Source: Chiloscyllium plagiosum (lineage: Eukaryota). Taken from it: DNA of 64,000 nucleotides. Shown here one piece after another: positions 62,177 through 64,000 of the stretch. Both the position numbers and the translations under genes were made by a program. Location of the stretch: contig NC_057756.1 in NCBI RefSeq assembly GCF_004010195.1, positions 6,550,788 through 6,614,787 of the forward strand. Reading direction: 5' to 3'. The notes beneath the pieces are model-generated. The model was not told where the DNA came from, made no database searches, and saw nothing but the letters and a program-made list of their open reading frames with translations. Position 1 is the stretch's first letter, and every line of letters begins with the position of its first letter.

Positions 62177-62290
62177 GGGGGAACATCCTGCCTTTCCAGA
62201 CCTTTTAGAACTCCATGTGGTTAGACTAGATCCACCTCTCATAATTCTCCACGGTGCTAACGGATTCATTCCCTCTTCATACATCACTTC
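61880..62290 (-). mobile_element. Old CR1 3' fragment
   Basis: ggaacaggaggaggccattcagcccttagagcct tail. Confidence 0.7.
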
Positions 62291-64000
62291 TGACATCCGA
62301 GGAAAAGAGACGGAAGGATTGGAGCAAACCACTCAGGCACAATGCATTTAGGATATGGAATGCACTGCCTGAGAGTGGGGTGGGGGATGATGCAATCGAT
62401 TCACTAAAGCTTGAATATGAAGACTGATGGGGAACAGAGGGGAGAGGATGTGAAAATGGATGAGGAATGCAACGGTCTACTGGCGGTTAACCAAAGGGAC
62501 ATGTGTTAGACTCAGCAGGAGGACAGACAGAGGTGGTGATGCCTGTGAAACCAATGTTTTGGGAAGCGAACTCTACCAAGACACAAGTGGAGGGTCTGAA
62601 ACAGTGCCAAGCAGTGAGACAGTGAGGATTTTGAATTATTGTTGCTTCGGTGGACAGTCAGTGAACAGTCCATTCCTGAGTGAATTGATCAAAATGAAAC
62701 ACAATTTGCAAATGTTCCATTCCCCTTTTCTGCTTCGAGTCTGCCTGATTTTCACGAGAGAATTACCTCACCTCCTCAACTCTCCTATCCCCCCATGTTT
62801 GTTGTGCGTTTCATTCCTCATATTGGGCGCTTCGACTCAGAAAACTTCATTTTCTTCTCCAGTTCTTCCTTCGAGAAAGGGGGAATGTAATATTAGCCAT
62901 CGTTTCAGCAAGGGCGAGGAAAGGCGAGGCTTGGTGTTAAAACAGCGGTATTTCAGAGATTTTTCAATTTGCTGATACGGCCAGTTTCAATCGCTTTCAA
63001 TCTGAGTGATTGACTACAAAGCTGCTCAAAGTCACACAACTGTGAGTCTGGAGTCACCTTTAGGTGGAAATACTATTGGGGAGAGTTTTCCTGAATAACC
63101 ATATGTAAATGACAAAGGCAGGAAAATGTTGTTTCACGATCACAGAGGCGAGCTCTCAATTTTAGCGTTTTTTAAATTCAATTTCCACCAGCTGCCTTAG
63201 TGGGTGGGGATTGATCCCAACTCCCTAGTACACTGACTGCAGATCAGACCATTCCATTGCAACTCATGCAGTGTCTCAGTGCAAATCAGATCAGATAGAG
63301 GTTTCTACAACATGCACAATGCAGTAGATCTCTCAATTACCTCTTTTTTTGTGGACCGTTCCCCGGTTTCATTTGGCAGTGTTTCACCTTGGAATCGAAA
63401 ATAAAACGCAAACCAAATCGAGCAGCGAAATCAGAAAAGAAAAAGGTTGCAGCAGGTCGAATTAGGATCAATTGAGCCGACCCAGTTTCTTAAGTTGAAA
63501 CAGAAACTGTGAAGACTGGACGTCATGTCTAAATATAGAAGATAGACTGGGTTAAACTGTTTGCTGAAGAAAACATATCTCTGCGCCACTGGCATTTCAG
63601 CCACAGCCTTCTGCCTGGTCAGCTGAAGGTGTGAAAAGCACACCTCTGTGTCATTGGTAACCGCAATAGAACATTTACAACGCACTGACAGGCAAGCCGA
63701 TAAAAGGTGTGAGAAATCTGAGGCTGAACCTTTCCGTCAGGTTATTTTTGGTACCTGAATCTGCAATTCAGGTGACTGAATAACTGATGAGAGGAAAAGA
63801 CCAATTTGCCTCTTTTTTTTGGCGTTATATCCTGTATCCTTACCGCCCATATCCCAAGCATGATTGTAGCTGCTTGGAAGGATGAGCAGCCACCCTGGTC
63901 TCTGAACGTGAGCGAGCTGTTGGAGAGAATATGAGTCTCATTCACTCACTGTGCCCGGCAGCTGATCCCCCCATACTCTGATTCGATTCTAATCGATAAG

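Noticed and set aside
62460-63945. 171-aa ORF and several exon-like splice signals near the window end
   Set aside because: No recognisable domain or consistent reading frame. A gene continuing beyond the window cannot be excluded.

Overview
Eukaryotic, repeat-rich DNA from a cartilaginous fish. The shark assignment is inferred from HE1/V-SINE tRNA-derived SINEs, HER1/CR1 LINEs and shark-type Penelope elements. There are three assembly gaps (203-257, 1704-2203, 48885-49448). The solid genes are two tandem, minus-strand short pentraxins (CRP/SAP family). Each has a signal-peptide exon and a pentraxin-domain exon: gene A at 29608-29545 + 27330-26717 (225 aa) and gene B at 42041-41984 + 37983-37178 (287 aa). 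Each also has a homologous upstream non-coding exon/promoter block (about 31.0-31.2 kb and 49.8-50.0 kb). Gene B has CAA where gene A has its TAA stop, so it reads on into a 63-aa His/Cys-rich tail. The left third (about 5-25 kb, + strand) holds several frameshifted Ig-V-like exon relics, an open transmembrane exon and small Tyr-motif exons, which look like a decayed Ig-superfamily receptor locus next to the pentraxins. Several short palindromic Penelope-derived insertions carry minimal hammerhead-ribozyme cores. One intact, sense-oriented core lies in the predicted first intron of each pentraxin gene. The rest is CR1/Tx1/Penelope fragments, SINEs, three solo LTRs, mini/satellites (29, 33 and 42 bp units) and a near-perfect 105-bp inverted duplication. 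All calls were made by eye and none were checked against databases.
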